This document shows positions 12,887-25,640 of a stretch of DNA of 55,271 nucleotides, one piece after another. Below the pieces are notes generated by a model. The model worked only from the letters and a program-made list of their open reading frames with translations. It was not told the origin of the DNA and did not search any database. The stretch lies in the NCBI GenBank assembly GCA_010015585.1, contig ML975154.1. The stretch is one strand, 5' to 3'. Each line of letters starts with the position of its first letter. The first letter of the stretch is position 1. The position numbers were made by a program, and so were the translations under genes. Source of the stretch: Eremomyces bilateralis CBS 781.70 (lineage: Eukaryota).

Positions 12887-14366
12887 TCGCCAGGCCACAT
12901 TATTGCAACAGGCATTTCCACCTCATACAGGATTTGTATGAGCCCCTACTCTCATAGGGGCAGTCCGTCTGTTACAAGCAGTCTGCGTTGCTATCTAGGC
13001 CAGTAAATAGCGCTTGATCGAGAGGCTTGCCAGCAATACTTCCCGGAAGAGGTCGAAAGGCTACAACCTTGTAGTTGCCCTAGAAAATCTATTAGCCAAA
13101 TTCACTGGGGCTACGTGTGATAGACGCACGTCTAGGTTAATTAAGATCGTATAGGAATCAAAAAGTTGATGCATATCGGACGTTAGTAGAAGCAATTCAC
13201 CTCTAGGCTAGCATAATGAGGATGTAAATGCACCAATCAAGGCCATCTTCAGTGTCGTGGATCAATTCGCGAAGTAAGTAACACTTGCCATCAGAGATTT
13301 CATCGTCCCTCGCTGGGCGTAGTAGTGCGTGTCGGTGCTCCGTAGGCACAGTGATCTCTCGATCTTGAAGGGCTCTGATTAGATCCGCGCGACGAAGTAG
13401 GGCATATCGGAGGTACGTCATGATTCGGCTAGTCTCCGATTAATACGCCAGCCTAGCTTTTCGGGATTGGGCGGTGACATCGTCGATGCAACGTTCGAAC
13501 TCTAATCGTTACTTTGTCAGTTGGCCCACTCGCTTAATCCTTTATTTATCTCGGATGCCAATTAGGTCTGTTAAAGATCCTGTGCACAGATAGGACGTTC
13601 CATCATGGTCTCGGGGTGGTCGGATTCCTGCTAAGACTCACCAAGCTGCATCATTGGCACAAGTCAGTGCCACAGAGATGACTATATATCTAAAACACAG
13701 TTCTCCTGAATTAACGAGTCCTAGAAAAAGAAGTATGACCAAATCAACTACCCGGAATATGGTAGAAAAGACAGCGCTGCAGAATTATCATGAGCTTAAT
13801 CTCTCATTCGCAAAGCCTAACTACAGTGAGAGAGAGAAGAAACGGACTGGGCGATGAGTCCACATACTGATGGATGTAAAGACCCTATTGCATTTTATCT
13901 TAGCAGACGTAGCCGTAATACCCGGTGTAGGACGTTGGAAAGTGGTAACTATGGTTGATAACAAGGGCGACCTTGACAACAGAAGAGCATCAGACATTTC
14001 AGTGATGGTTAAATCAGTCGAATCAGTCCAGTCCCACAAAAGTTGAATGCATTGCTGCCTTAGCGCCTGAACTTCAGTTTGGTTCTGTTCTGGTTCCACC
14101 AGACCGCTGTATCAGGAACCTGACCAGACTTCTTCTGTCCTCCATGACCATTTCATCCTACCCTACGTTGGACAACGAATTGACTTAGAATTAGGCACAA
14201 CCAAGAATGCATGATATGATTGAACTGAGGAGAGCGGTATTTGAGGACCAATTAGGCCATATCAACCAACCACATCGCTCCAACCACAACGCCAGAGGGT
14301 AACCGAACGAGCTTCACATCCGAGAAAATGTCGAATACAGCACAAAACCCGCGACCACACAAAGCT

Positions 14367-15818
14367 TTAGGTGACCTTCTGATTTACAACCTGTTCCCAA
14401 GTCCACGGCGGCTCCGCACCTTGAATCAGGCGACATTCATCACTACTCGGATCCCCCCACCACATGCACCACCACTTCCACCCAAACCAGGCTCGCGCCG
14501 TAGTCATGGCCGCCCCAAGCGGTGTAACCCGAGAATCGGTTTCATCCGGCGGGGTTACCGGGTGGATGTGATGCTTCCGGCACTCGCCCCTCTTGAAGTC
14601 GATCCCATACAGGTCATTCGGCACGTTGAAGAACATATACCGGTCCGGATCCAGCGTCTCGAACTCGCGGAGGTCGAAATGGAGGTAATGGCTAGGGTCG
14701 GTGACGGTGATGTTGCGGATCAGGATGCATGTGATCTGCGGATATTCCTTCGCGAGCTTCGGGAACAGGATCATATTGCTCGGGTTCCCCGTGTCGGCCA
14801 CCAGCACAAATTTCCGCTTGGGGAAGCTCTCGATGACCTGACGGTGCGCCCGCTCACGAGAGCCCATGACGGTGGACATGGCGCGGTCGTCGAAGCTGCC
14901 GCAAGGGTAGTGCTTGTTGAGGAAGTCGAGGTATAGAGGGCTGAAGGTGTCGGGACAGTCGGAGAGGTAGTGGAAGTGCGTGTTCGGCCATCTCGCGGCC
15001 CAGTAGCGGTAAATGTTGGGCATGTTCAGCCACGGCGTGAAATCCCAGGCGATTAGCGTCATGATGGCATAGGCCGGGCGCCAAGTCTTCACGATGCGGA
15101 GGATATCGTCGACGTCCGAGACGAAGGTAAGACCATGGTCGGGAGGGACCAGGAAGATGTTCGGGCATTTGTAATTGACAGAGGGGGCCATGGTGGCCTT
15201 GGACATGTTCCATTTCAGCATTTGAATACGGTTCGTACGGTCACCGTCGAAAACGCCGCAATCAACACAGATGTCAAAAAAATCGCGGAAATCGCCCATT
15301 ATGTCGGAGGTCACTGAGTTCCGGTCGGTCGTGGAAATCACGGTGCCTGTCCGGCCAGATGGGAGGATGATGTGCGGATATATTACGTGGCCTTTCTTCG
15401 GAATGGTGAAGATTCCCCTCGAAGCATCCCGTACATGATCTCTTTGCGCCGGGTGCATGTCACTGACAGAAACACCAGCCAGGCTGAGGATGATATTTGA
15501 GAGTGTGTCAATTCTCTCCTCTGACATGCAGGGCTCTTGGAAGAGGAAGCCATGGAAGAGGGCGCGCCAATTTGTCCCAGTCCAGTTTGCGTATGTTGGG
15601 AAAACGACGGCTTCGGTTTGTGCATCGGTAAGTGTCGATGTGAATGCACAGCCGGTGGCGTATTTGTAAAAGGGTGGGATGGTCGTTTGCCATAAGGACT
15701 GAACCACAGATTGGAAACCGGTCTCATATTCTGGTAGAGCGCGAGCGGATATCCGTGTCGAGAGGAGGAGACACGATAGAGCAATGACAAGCATCGCTGT
15801 TTGTATGGTGTACCGCAT
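14367..15818 (-). CDS. App1-like phosphatidate phosphatase (HAD, DUF2183/APP1_cat) with N-terminal signal peptide
   Basis: Intronless 483-aa ORF; hydrophobic N-terminus; FVSDVDDILR, PWLNMPNIY, HFHYLS, YPCGSFD, FPKRKFVLVADT and CILIRN motifs typical of fungal App1-like proteins. Confidence 0.8.
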   Translation of the reverse strand: MRYTIQTAMLVIALSCLLLSTRISARALPEYETGFQSVVQSLWQTTIPPFYKYATGCAFTSTLTDAQTEAVVFPTYANWTGTNWRALFHGFLFQEPCMSEERIDTLSNIILSLAGVSVSDMHPAQRDHVRDASRGIFTIPKKGHVIYPHIILPSGRTGTVISTTDRNSVTSDIMGDFRDFFDICVDCGVFDGDRTNRIQMLKWNMSKATMAPSVNYKCPNIFLVPPDHGLTFVSDVDDILRIVKTWRPAYAIMTLIAWDFTPWLNMPNIYRYWAARWPNTHFHYLSDCPDTFSPLYLDFLNKHYPCGSFDDRAMSTVMGSRERAHRQVIESFPKRKFVLVADTGNPSNMILFPKLAKEYPQITCILIRNITVTDPSHYLHFDLREFETLDPDRYMFFNVPNDLYGIDFKRGECRKHHIHPVTPPDETDSRVTPLGAAMTTARAWFGWKWWCMWWGDPSSDECRLIQGAEPPWTWEQVVNQKVT

Positions 15819-16070
15819 CTGAGACTGTCAATATTCCGATTCATATGACTACTAGCATTTGACTTACCAGGAGTCTGATACTTCGAAGAATATCATAATA
15901 ATGACTGCATCTTCATGTACATGCCAGTTGTAAACCACTCCATACCGGATCCTGTTGGAAAACGACCACTACCTTACCGTTCGACAGAAAGTGGACGAGA
16001 AGCAAGTCCTACTCCCAACGAAGGAGGTAAAAGTGCTCCTCCTCCACAGGATCCAACATCTCTTGCCCGA

Positions 16071-16412
16071 TTATAGCTTATCCCCCATCACATCCTTCGG
16101 AAGCTCCATTCCCACTCTCCTCGCCGTCAACCGTACCTTCTCCTCCTCGCTCATGCTCGCCCCCGGATTATACCGCTCGACCAGCGTCGTGTACTGCCTC
16201 TGAGCTGTGAGATACTGGACGAACTGATCTGCCTCCGCAGCACCGGATGGCACCTCATTATTGGGCTCGGCCGCGATGGACGGACTGGAAAACGAGGCGC
16301 GGATGCGGTACTGCAGCGGCGATGGGTCGGAGAGGATGGTAGTGGTGGGCGACCGCGCGGGAAGCTCGCGAAGGAAGCGGCGGTACAAGGAGCGAAGAGT
16401 TGGAGAATACAT
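16071..16412 (-). CDS. FMC1: Mitochondrial ATP synthase assembly factor Fmc1 (LYR family)
   Basis: LRSLYRRFLRELP ... YLTAQRQYTTLVERYNPG..MSEEEKVRLTARRVGMELP; ATG at 16412. Confidence 0.9.
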   Translation of the reverse strand: MYSPTLRSLYRRFLRELPARSPTTTILSDPSPLQYRIRASFSSPSIAAEPNNEVPSGAAEADQFVQYLTAQRQYTTLVERYNPGASMSEEEKVRLTARRVGMELPKDVMGDKL

Positions 16413-17695
16413 TGTAGACACGATGGCGCTAGGTACCAGTATAAATGCCGCTCAAAAGAATTGGTCAATTGATTAATATCGTTGAATGGATAGTTGATCA
16501 TTGATGTTAAGGTTTTTGTCCAGACCTAGCTCATCTCCATCGGGTAATTCTCGGCCGAGATTTCGACTGACAAACCCCTGAGATTTTCGAGGACGATAAA
16601 GGGTGCTCCTTGAAGTCTTTGAGCAATTGTTGCTAGTACAACCTGAGCAGCCTTAGATATCCATCGAAGTTAAGACCTTAGATCATGAATGTTCGGTCGC
16701 TCCTTTTGTTACTACCCCGAAGAGTCTGTAGTTGCGGATTCCGCGCTCTCAAAGAGAGGATTCTCGGTCCCATGCTCGTAAACATTCGTCATGATCGATC
16801 TTACTTAGGGGAACTGCCTCCGTATCACCAACTCCGCGACGAGCTTCATAAATCGTACAAGCTAGTTGGCTATAGAAAGTGTAGGTAGATTGTCACCTAC
16901 GCTCCGACTAGCATGTTGTTTATAATACTGGCGAGTTGCAGCTCTGCCACCTTCATCCAGAAATCTGGGAATCGCTGTAGGGAGAATGGACGATTACGTT
17001 TTCGGTTTGCACGGCTGGGAGATTTGTACAAGTAGAAATAAGGTGACCGGATCAAACGGGTTGGATTGAGGATGTGGTGAAGTGAACTGGACATCGATAC
17101 TTACTATTACGGGTTATCAACTACATAAACTTGGGGTATACGATCACTGTCCACGATATCTATAGCCACACCAGGTTCCCAATGCGCAACGTCCGGAAAC
17201 AGGGGCCAACACAAGCCAGCAAGGTATCGTTCCGGGTCCTCATCCCCGATTACTCAGAGTCACATCGCATGAATGCATCCCCTCAGAAACGCAATGGTAG
17301 ATCGACAAGCGAAGAAAAAACGGTAGGTATTATTGTCGTTTCGTGCTAAGCGCGATTCCATTCTCGCTCACTCGCTCGCATACACACGCTACGCCGTGCC
17401 ACGGAATAGTGCTTGACGCAGCAACCAGGGGCGAGCCTGATCTGCCCGACGAAACGGATAAAAAAATGAGGAACAGGGGCCAGGCGCATAATTACAACCG
17501 TGAGGAACACGCACTGTGGAGGGGGAAAACAAGGGGAGGGTAAAGTGAGGTATCTCTCGAAACGACGGAAGGAAATCCCAACAAAACGAAACAGAGAAGC
17601 CATTGCTGTGCTTTTTCCCACATGATAATATTTTTTCTCCGAATCTCCGAACATGAGTTTAGGTTTCCAGGATGGATGGCCAACCGATTGACACC

Positions 17696-19114
17696 TTAAC
17701 GACGTCCATGAGACCGGGTCACGCTGCCCTGGAGTTGCTCCACGTCCGTCTCCAGCTGCTTGATCATCGCGTGGCTCTGCTCGAGATCCTTGTTCAGGCG
17801 GTCGCGCTCCGAGATGAGGCGTTGCTCCCACGATCGGAAGCGCTGCTCCTCGACCTTGACCTGCTCGGTGAAGCGCTTCCGGAGCGCCTCCTCCTCCTCC
17901 TTGAACTTGGGGTTGTCCAGCTTGCGCGGGCGGGCTTCGCCGAACTTGCGCGTCTCCATCTGCTGGGCGCGGTACACCTCGTAGTGGTTCTCTTCGGTGG
18001 TGTGGATGAGGTCGAGCATGTGGGTGCGGATCAGAATGCTGCGCAGCTTCTTGAAATCGCAGTGCTCGTCGTTCTCCACCTCCGCGACTCCCCAGGCGTA
18101 TTGTCGGCCCTTGACGGGGCGGCCGTCGCTGGTTTGCACGTCTTTCTCGGAGCCGATGACGGAGAAGGGCATGGCGGAGACGAGGCTTCGGACATGGTGC
18201 ATGCCTGCTTCGTCGTCATCCTCGATCGGGGGCTGGTAGATCTTGATGCCTTGGGCTTCAATGACGGCTCTTATCTGGATTCTATATCAGCTGCGGTCGA
18301 GTCAAAAAGGAATGGCGCAAACGGACTCTCTGCTTGAATTTGGCCAGGTCTGATGGGCTCAATGTGTCGGCCTTGGCAATGACAGGGATCAGATTGACCC
18401 GAGTGCAAAGTCGCTTCATGACTTCGATGTCCAATGGCTTCAGAGTATGACCGGTGGGGCGAATGAAGTAGAGGCAAGCATGGACTCGAAGATCGATCTT
18501 ATCCGTCCTGCGAGGTTGCTGCTCCTGAAGCATGTAGGACTCATGCTGGTCATCCAAGAACTCAATGATGGGTTGCCACGAGTCCCGGTTGTTGACATAG
18601 TCGCCAAAGCCAGGAGTATCAATGACCGTCAGGCGGACTGTAATCAGCGGTCAGCGAAGCCATCAAGGTCTCACCACAATTCCGCTCACCTTTGAAGAAC
18701 TTCTCCTCCAATTCGGCTTTGGTGATCTCAATCTCGACCGTCTTATCAATCTGTTTGTTGTGTCGACGTTTGTGGTCGGCATAGTTCTTGATGGTGGTGG
18801 AGAAGAGCGTGTTGATGAATGTGGTCTTTCCCAGTCCTGATTCACCAGCAACCTAGAGGAAGTCAATCAACTGAAACAGCACCGACAATTGAGGATGTGA
18901 CGCGTACCATAATAGTGAAAGCCGCTCCACGCTTTGCAACGATCTTATGTCTGTGTATTTGTTAGAAAGGATGCACGGTTGTTTCGATTATGGAGGACAC
19001 ACCGTTGGTTGGGGAGCTAGGGGCAAGCGGTTAGCAACATATACCTAAAATGCACGACACAATTTTGGCCCAACTTACATTGGCAATACCAATCGGAGAC
19101 GGTGATTCGGCCAT
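17696..19114 (-). CDS. CDC12: Septin, Cdc12/AspC group
   Basis: Exons 19114-19079, 19016-19003, 18950-18908, 18852-18690, 18637-18327 and 18274-17696 give IGIANLPNQRHKIVAKRG, GESGLGKTT, DTPGFGD, AKAD, GRQYAWG and a C-terminal coiled coil. Confidence 0.93.
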
Positions 19115-19552
19115 TATACAGGACTATGCTGTAGAAGCGTAGCTTGGTGGTGAGAGCGTAAAGGGGGTCGAAGTCGCAAACACTGGGGTGTCTCGAGTTC
19201 GTGCAGGTGGCAGGAAGAATTGTGAAGCTTGAGAAGCAGCAGCAAACACTGTTCCCTTCAAGTACAGTCCTGGGGAAAGTCAAATGGACAGAGATATATC
19301 GAATGGAATGGTAGGAAGAGGGAAGTGATCAAGTGGTAGACTTGTGGTCGTTCATCCCTTAAAACTTCGCGACACCTTGACCTCCCCAGACATGCGGACG
19401 CACGGACCATGTCGCACGGACCACATAACATGCAGAAGAGAAAGGGTCCCTGACTGACTAAGTTGAATGTCGGAGACTAGTTTCTCCGATTCCGACTGCT
19501 CACGTGCTGTGGGAGAAGAAGAGAAGCCCCTCCAAGTGCGCTAAACCCAATC

Positions 19553-19601
19553 GGAAAAATTTCGAGATTTGACATTTGCAACTTGCGACAACTGCGATGA
19601 C
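19553..19601 (+). promoter_or_regulatory. RRPE-like and PAC-like motifs upstream of PWP2
   Basis: GGAAAAATTTC at 19553-19563 and GCGATGAC at 19594-19601, each one base off the yeast consensus, upstream of a ribosome-biogenesis gene. Confidence 0.4.
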
Positions 19602-19634
19602 AAGTTGATATTGCTGGTGCTGCCGTTGTGAGGC

Positions 19635-22467
19635 ATGAAGACCGATTTTAAGGTATGGAGTGCATTGTTCCAAGTTCTGGTTGGTCCATCCACTAACATT
19701 AATTCAGTTCTCCAACCTGCTGGGAACGGTATATACCCGCGGAAACCTGCTGTTCTCCCCCAATGGCAACAGCTTATTGTCGCCGGTAGGCAATCGAGTT
19801 ACGGTCTTTGACCTAGTGAAGTACGTGTCACAGGTGGGGTACATTGCGACCGCAATGGCTTACAAATACCAGCAACAAGTCGTATACTCTCCCTTTTGCG
19901 CACCGCCGAAACATCGCCCGACTTGCCCTCAATCCCCAGGGCAATCTCCTTCTCACCGTCGACGAAGATGGACGCGCCATCCTAACGAACCTCCCCCGTC
20001 GCATTGCCCTCTTCCACTTCTCCTTCCGAACTGCTGTCACATCCCTCGTCTTTTCACCCTCGGGAAGGCACTTTGCGGCGGCGATCGGGCGACAGATCGA
20101 GGTATGGCACACTCCGTCGACACCTGGCTCGAGCGAGGACGGTGACTTGGAGTTCGCCCCGTTCGTGAGACACCGGATATATACCGGACATTTCGACGAG
20201 GTACAAAGCATCGAATGGTCAAGCGACTCCCGATTCTTCCTCACCGCATCCAAAGATCTGAGTGCGCGGATATGGAGTTTGAACCCGGAAGAAGGGTTTA
20301 TTCCGACATCTCTGAGCGGACATAGGCAGCCGGTGCTTGCAGCATGGTTCTCAAAAGATCAGGAGACAATATATACCATCAGCAAGGATGGAGCCCTGTT
20401 CCACTGGGGATATGTGCCGAAGCCACAACGAGCCGAGGAGGATATGGAGATCGAAGAGGAGATGCAGTGGAGGATAATCGACAAGCATTACTTCATGCAA
20501 GATAATGCCTATGTCACTTGCGCTGCATATCATGCCTCCTCGAATCTTCTTGTTGCTGGGTTCTCGAATGGGATTTTTGGTCTCTACGAGCTACCTGACT
20601 TCTCACAACTCCAAACCCTCAGGTATATCTGATCCCTTCCTGCATATTGAACCTAAGAAACTAACCCACTTCCAGCATATCTCAAAACGAAATCGACTTC
20701 GTCTCCATAAACCAAAGCGGCGAATGGCTCGCATTCGGCGCCTCCAAACTCGGCCAACTCCTCGTCTGGGAATGGCAATCCGAATCCTACATTCTCAAAC
20801 AACAAAGCCATTTTGATTCCATCAACTCCATCGCCTATTCCCCCGATGGCCAGCGCATCATCACCACGGCCGACGATGGGAAAATCAAGGTTTGGGACGT
20901 CACTTCGGGCTTCTGTATCGTCACATTCACCGAGCATACGAGTGGAGTCACCGCATGCGAGTTTGCAAAGCGCGGAAATGTCCTGTTCACGGCAAGTCTG
21001 GACGGCTCGGTAAGAGCCTGGGATTTGATACGGTACCGAAATTTCCGCACCTTCACCGCACCGACGAGGCTATCATTCTCTTCGCTTGCAGTTGATCCCA
21101 GTGGCGAAGTCGTCTGTGCCGGGTCTCTCGACTCCTTCGATATCCATGTCTGGTCCGTCCAGACTGGCCAGTTGCTCGATCAACTCTCCGCACACGAGGG
21201 CCCGGTGGCGTCATTGGCGTTTTCTGCGACGGGCGGGATGCTTGCGAGCGGGAGTTGGGATCGAACGGTCAGGTTGTGGAGCGTGTTCGGAAGGACTCAG
21301 ACGAGTGAGCCACTGCAGTTGCAAGCGGATGTGTTGTCGGTTGCCTTCCGACCGGATTCCAAGCAGATTGCGGTTTCGACTCTCGATGGGCAATTGTCGT
21401 TCTGGTCGGTTTCCGACGCGGTCCAACAAGGTGGCGTTGACGGTCGTCGTGATGCGTCTGGAGGTCGCAAAATCTCCGACCGTCGAACCGCTGCCAATGT
21501 CGCCGGCACCAAAAGCTTCGCAACCATAACGTACAGCGCCGATGGTTCGTGCGTGCTCGCAGGTGGCAACAGCAAGTACATCTGCCTGTACGAAGTGCAA
21601 GCCGGCGTCCTCATCAAGAAGTTCACCGTCTCCGTCAACCTCTCCTTAGACGGCACCCAAGAGTTCCTCAACAGCAAACTGCTCACCGAGGCCGGACCGC
21701 GGGGCCTCATCGACGAGCAAGGCGAGGAATCTGACCTGGAAAACCGGATCGATCGATCCCTTCCCGGCGCGAGCCGAGGGGATGCCAGCACGCGCAAAAC
21801 CCGACCGGAGGTCCGCGTGTCTGCCGCCGCGTTCTCGCCCACCGGCCGTGCGTTCTGCGCGTCATCCACCGAGGGTCTCTTGATCTACTCGCTTGACAAC
21901 GTCATCCAGTTCGATCCGTTCGACCTCGATGTCACCGTCACGCCGGACAGCACGCGCGCGGAGATGGAGAAAGGAAGCCACCTCAAGGCCTTGGTCATGG
22001 CGTTCCGACTGAATGACAACTCGCTGGTGCGCCAGGTGTTCGAGCACGTGCCCGCCGCGGATATCCCGTTGGTGGTGAAGGACATGCCGACGGTGTACCT
22101 CGACCGATTCTTGCGATTCGTGGCGGTGCAGGTGGACGAGACGCCGCATTTGGAGTTCAACTTGCTCTGGACGGAGGCGGTGCTGCGGAAACACGGGAGG
22201 TATTTGAAGGATAATATCGGCCAGTTCGCGCCGGAGATGCGGGCGGTGATGAGAGCAGTAGGGAAAATTGGAAAGGAGTTGGGGAAATTGTCAGAGGAGA
22301 CCTTGTATTTGGTGGAGTACTTGCTAAACCAGCCGGCGAAAGGAAAGACAAGTGGTGTACATAGGGATGAAAACGGGAATTTGCTAGAAGAGGGGGAGGA
22401 TGGGGATGGGATGGAGATGGAGGGAGAAGTTGAGGAAGGGGAAGGCGAATGGATAGGGTTCGACTAG
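19635..22467 (+). CDS. PWP2: Periodic tryptophan protein 2 (Utp1), SSU processome WD40 protein
   Basis: MKTDFK|FSNLLGTVY, LLVWEWQSESYILKQQ, YRNFRTF, multiple WD repeats and Utp12-like FDPFDLD. Introns at 19653-19707, 19821-19872 and 20623-20675. Confidence 0.96.
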
Positions 22468-22469
22468 TT

Positions 22470-23315
22470 AATGGTTAAGCGGCTGTCCCCCTCTCAATAT
22501 GGGGCTACTCGTTCTGTGCTGGTTTACCCCTGATGGGGAGCATACGTTGCCTAGCCCCACTCCCAAACGACGGCTGTGACTGGCTTGACAATGCGTTCTC
22601 GTCTTCACCCTCGTCCTCCTTAGCAATGGGTTTTCTCCTAAAGGCCAGTTGAAGTGCTCCAGAGGCGAGCGCGTGGAGACTTGACGGTTGCATAGTTGGT
22701 TGACTGCTTGTCTCGGGGCCTTCATCTTCCTCCACCTTTTCTTCTTCCAGAGATTCAGACTCGACGAGGTCGAAAGCCTCTCGTGCTTTTAGCTGTCGGC
22801 GGGCGTGCGGCCGTTGTGTATGGGCGGGGAAGATCATTGTCAACAACCCTTTCCGCAACATCTTATGGTCGGCTAGGTATTCAATTAGCCGTAGCCCACA
22901 CCGGATAAGGGCATTTAGAAAAAGGTTTCACTTTCGGTTTTGATCTTTCCAGGCACGATCTCCTCATTTACGATCATCGCCATCTTGTCCGCGTCCATAT
23001 CCCGTCGAAAGCACCCCAAGGCTTGAATATAGCCCGAAGCCGAAACCATCATCTACTAAACGATAACACGGACCTCAGATTGAGCCTCTATTAGCGGTTC
23101 TTTCTCGTAACGGGTCCGCTTGAACATATCCCATACCCAGTTGATGAAAGATACGTGAAAAACCTCTTCGGTTAGGTTGTTACCTCAGAGGTATGCGCCC
23201 ACTTCATCCCATTCACTCTGCGGGACCATAAAAATGCCCTTCTCGGGGATTCTATCGATTGCGCGGTTACGCTAGCGCCCAGATGCGTCTCCGTTAAGTG
23301 CCGCCATCTTCGTTG
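22470..23315 (-). pseudogene. Degenerate coding relic, probably retroelement-derived (family not identified)
   Basis: A frame from ATG at about 23307 (MAALNGDASGR*RNRAIDRIPEKG...) carries several TAG/TGA stops and at least one frameshift. It lies in a TE island; no recognisable domain. Confidence 0.3.
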
Positions 23316-24279
23316 CTGTTGATTGAGCTGGACGGATCGTGTGCTTGAAGGAAAGAAAAGCGTGAGAGAGGAGGTTCGGGGAATGGAGACTAATTTTCAA
23401 GTTCTCTCTGTGTTTATGTGCATGTGGATATTGGTCGTCCACAAGCCAGTGTAAAGGTAGAATATTTCTCATTCGAATAGACCTTCCAGATTGGACGAAA
23501 TAGTTGGCCATGAAGCATACCCCCAAGGTCTCAAACCTAAGAACTGTCAATGTCAGCCAGACCTTACTTTTTGATGACCTAACCGAGGAGTTGCTGTACA
23601 TTCTATCCTTTCTAATTCGGCAAATCTTCATGCTTTCAACCTTCATATTGACCGAGGGAAAGAGTCAAGAGTTTTCTGCTATCAAGTTAATCAACCCTGA
23701 ATGGACCTGCTACCTCCTCCCCCAGGTCCCCCCAGCAGCATTCGTATTCAAAAACGGCCCTGCTGAGGTTCTCAAATCTGGTATTTACATCGAATCAGGA
23801 GTTAACCTCACTCCTAGAAGGAGCATGCTGTGTAGGTACAATTCATAGCCATAGAAGGCTGAAGCATATCCCGGAGGCGTTGAAACCTCTCGGTTGTGAC
23901 GTTGTATTCATCCGATATTAGGTCTCTATCATTTTAGAGCTATCGAATATTTTCTATTTTCCCTAAGTCAGATATCTTAATGTCCCTCGAGACGAACTCG
24001 AGGCCGACCCCGCCGTGTCCGGTCTAAACCCGAACCCGCAATATGTACTCTCCGGACCCAATATGACAAACTTCTGTTCCCCCGGCCCGAACCGGCTAGG
24101 GGATATCAGACACAACAGCGAAAAGGCCCGCACCGGATGATCAGGACGAGTATCGGGCGAAATGGAGGGAGAGAAGGCAAGCCGAAGCGGCCAAACCAGG
24201 AAGGAGAGCAAGGACATGGAAGGACCCGTGGGAAACCCAGTGCCTTAACCGGTTCGATGGCCTTCAGAAACATGAGGCC

Positions 24280-24500
24280 TCGGCGCTTATGGCACTACGG
24301 ACTGAGGTAGTTGGAGTTAAAGAATGGCTCGCGAAAATCGGTGTCCCTGGAATCCACCCAGCGTGTGAGTGTGGTGCCCCCCGACAGTCTCTCTACCACC
24401 TCCTTGCGTTTTGCCCGCAGCGGACCTACCAGAGGATCGCGCTCCTCCAACGAGCTGGAACAACGGACTTTAAGAGGATATTGCATGACAGGGACAAGGT
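24280..24500 (+). mobile_element. Non-LTR retrotransposon (Tad1-like LINE) ORF2 C-terminal fragment, running into the gap
   Basis: LRTEVVGVKEWL...PACECGAPRQSLYHLLAFCP: the C-x-C-x8-H-x4-C zinc knuckle typical of fungal LINE ORF2 ends. Confidence 0.8.
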
Positions 24501-25140
24501 NNNNNNNNNNNNNNNNNNNNNNNNNNNNNNNNNNNNNNNNNNNNNNNNNNNNNNNNNNNNNNNNNNNNNNNNNNNNNNNNNNNNNNNNNNNNNNNNNNNN
24601 NNNNNNNNNNNNNNNNNNNNNNNNNNNNNNNNNNNNNNNNNNNNNNNNNNNNNNNNNNNNNNNNNNNNNNNNNNNNNNNNNNNNNNNNNNNNNNNNNNNN
24701 NNNNNNNNNNNNNNNNNNNNNNNNNNNNNNNNNNNNNNNNNNNNNNNNNNNNNNNNNNNNNNNNNNNNNNNNNNNNNNNNNNNNNNNNNNNNNNNNNNNN
24801 NNNNNNNNNNNNNNNNNNNNNNNNNNNNNNNNNNNNNNNNNNNNNNNNNNNNNNNNNNNNNNNNNNNNNNNNNNNNNNNNNNNNNNNNNNNNNNNNNNNN
24901 NNNNNNNNNNNNNNNNNNNNNNNNNNNNNNNNNNNNNNNNNNNNNNNNNNNNNNNNNNNNNNNNNNNNNNNNNNNNNNNNNNNNNNNNNNNNNNNNNNNN
25001 NNNNNNNNNNNNNNNNNNNNNNNNNNNNNNNNNNNNNNNNNNNNNNNNNNNNNNNNNNNNNNNNNNNNNNNNNNNNNNNNNNNNNNNNNNNNNNNNNNNN
25101 NNNNNNNNNNNNNNNNNNNNNNNNNNNNNNNNNNNNNNNN
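24501..25140. other. Assembly gap (640 N)
   Basis: Run of N flanked by repeat sequence on both sides. Confidence 1.
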
Positions 25141-25452
25141 TGTTATGGTCCCGGGCCTGTGGCCTGGGCCCTTGAGTATGGCTGACGCCACAGGGATGTG
25201 GCTAGTGGATGGCATGGAGGATTATCAAGGAGATAGTCATATGGGAGCTATATGTTAGGACGGAGCTGTGTGAAGGAGCTGTGTTAAGGAGCTGTGTTAA
25301 GGAGCTGTGTTGAGCTGTGTTAGGATAGTAGAGAGAAGAGTTTATATCTCGCGCATAGAGGCGCTGGGAGATTTCTTCCTTCTCTCTCTTCGGTTTAGAT
25401 TAATGGAACTTGGTAATCGCAGACCTTGCGCATCCAGACCGTGTCATCGACA
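25141..25452 (+). mobile_element. Probable LTR (TG...CA) containing a 13-bp tandem repeat
   Basis: Begins TGTTATGG at the contig edge; plausible end CATCGACA at 25452; about five GGAGCTGTGTTAA-like units at 25262-25323. No TSD can be tested because of the gap. Confidence 0.45.
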
Positions 25453-25640
25453 ATTATTTCTAGAATTAGTGGAGAGTATAGCTGCATTCCCATTAGGTAT
25501 GAAGTCAAACGTGTTTGTAACTGGGTGGGTATGTTATATCTCAAGGAATCGCAATGACTTGGACCAAGCATTCTGCTCAAGTAACAAATACTCTATTCCA
25601 AACTCCGCGTCTTGTGCTACTCGCCTGGCTATATATACTA

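Noticed and set aside
12890..14320. Short ORFs (13203-13421, 13821-14099) and small hairpins near 12922-12961
   Set aside because: No recognisable domain or coherent splice model; probably decayed sequence.
24289..25258. Three long ORFs of about 300 aa spanning the gap
   Set aside because: Artefacts of translating N; only the LINE fragment before 24500 is real.
25262..25323. Short repeat array as CRISPR-like or telomeric
   Set aside because: No spacers, eukaryotic context and not TTAGGG; a simple tandem repeat in a probable LTR.
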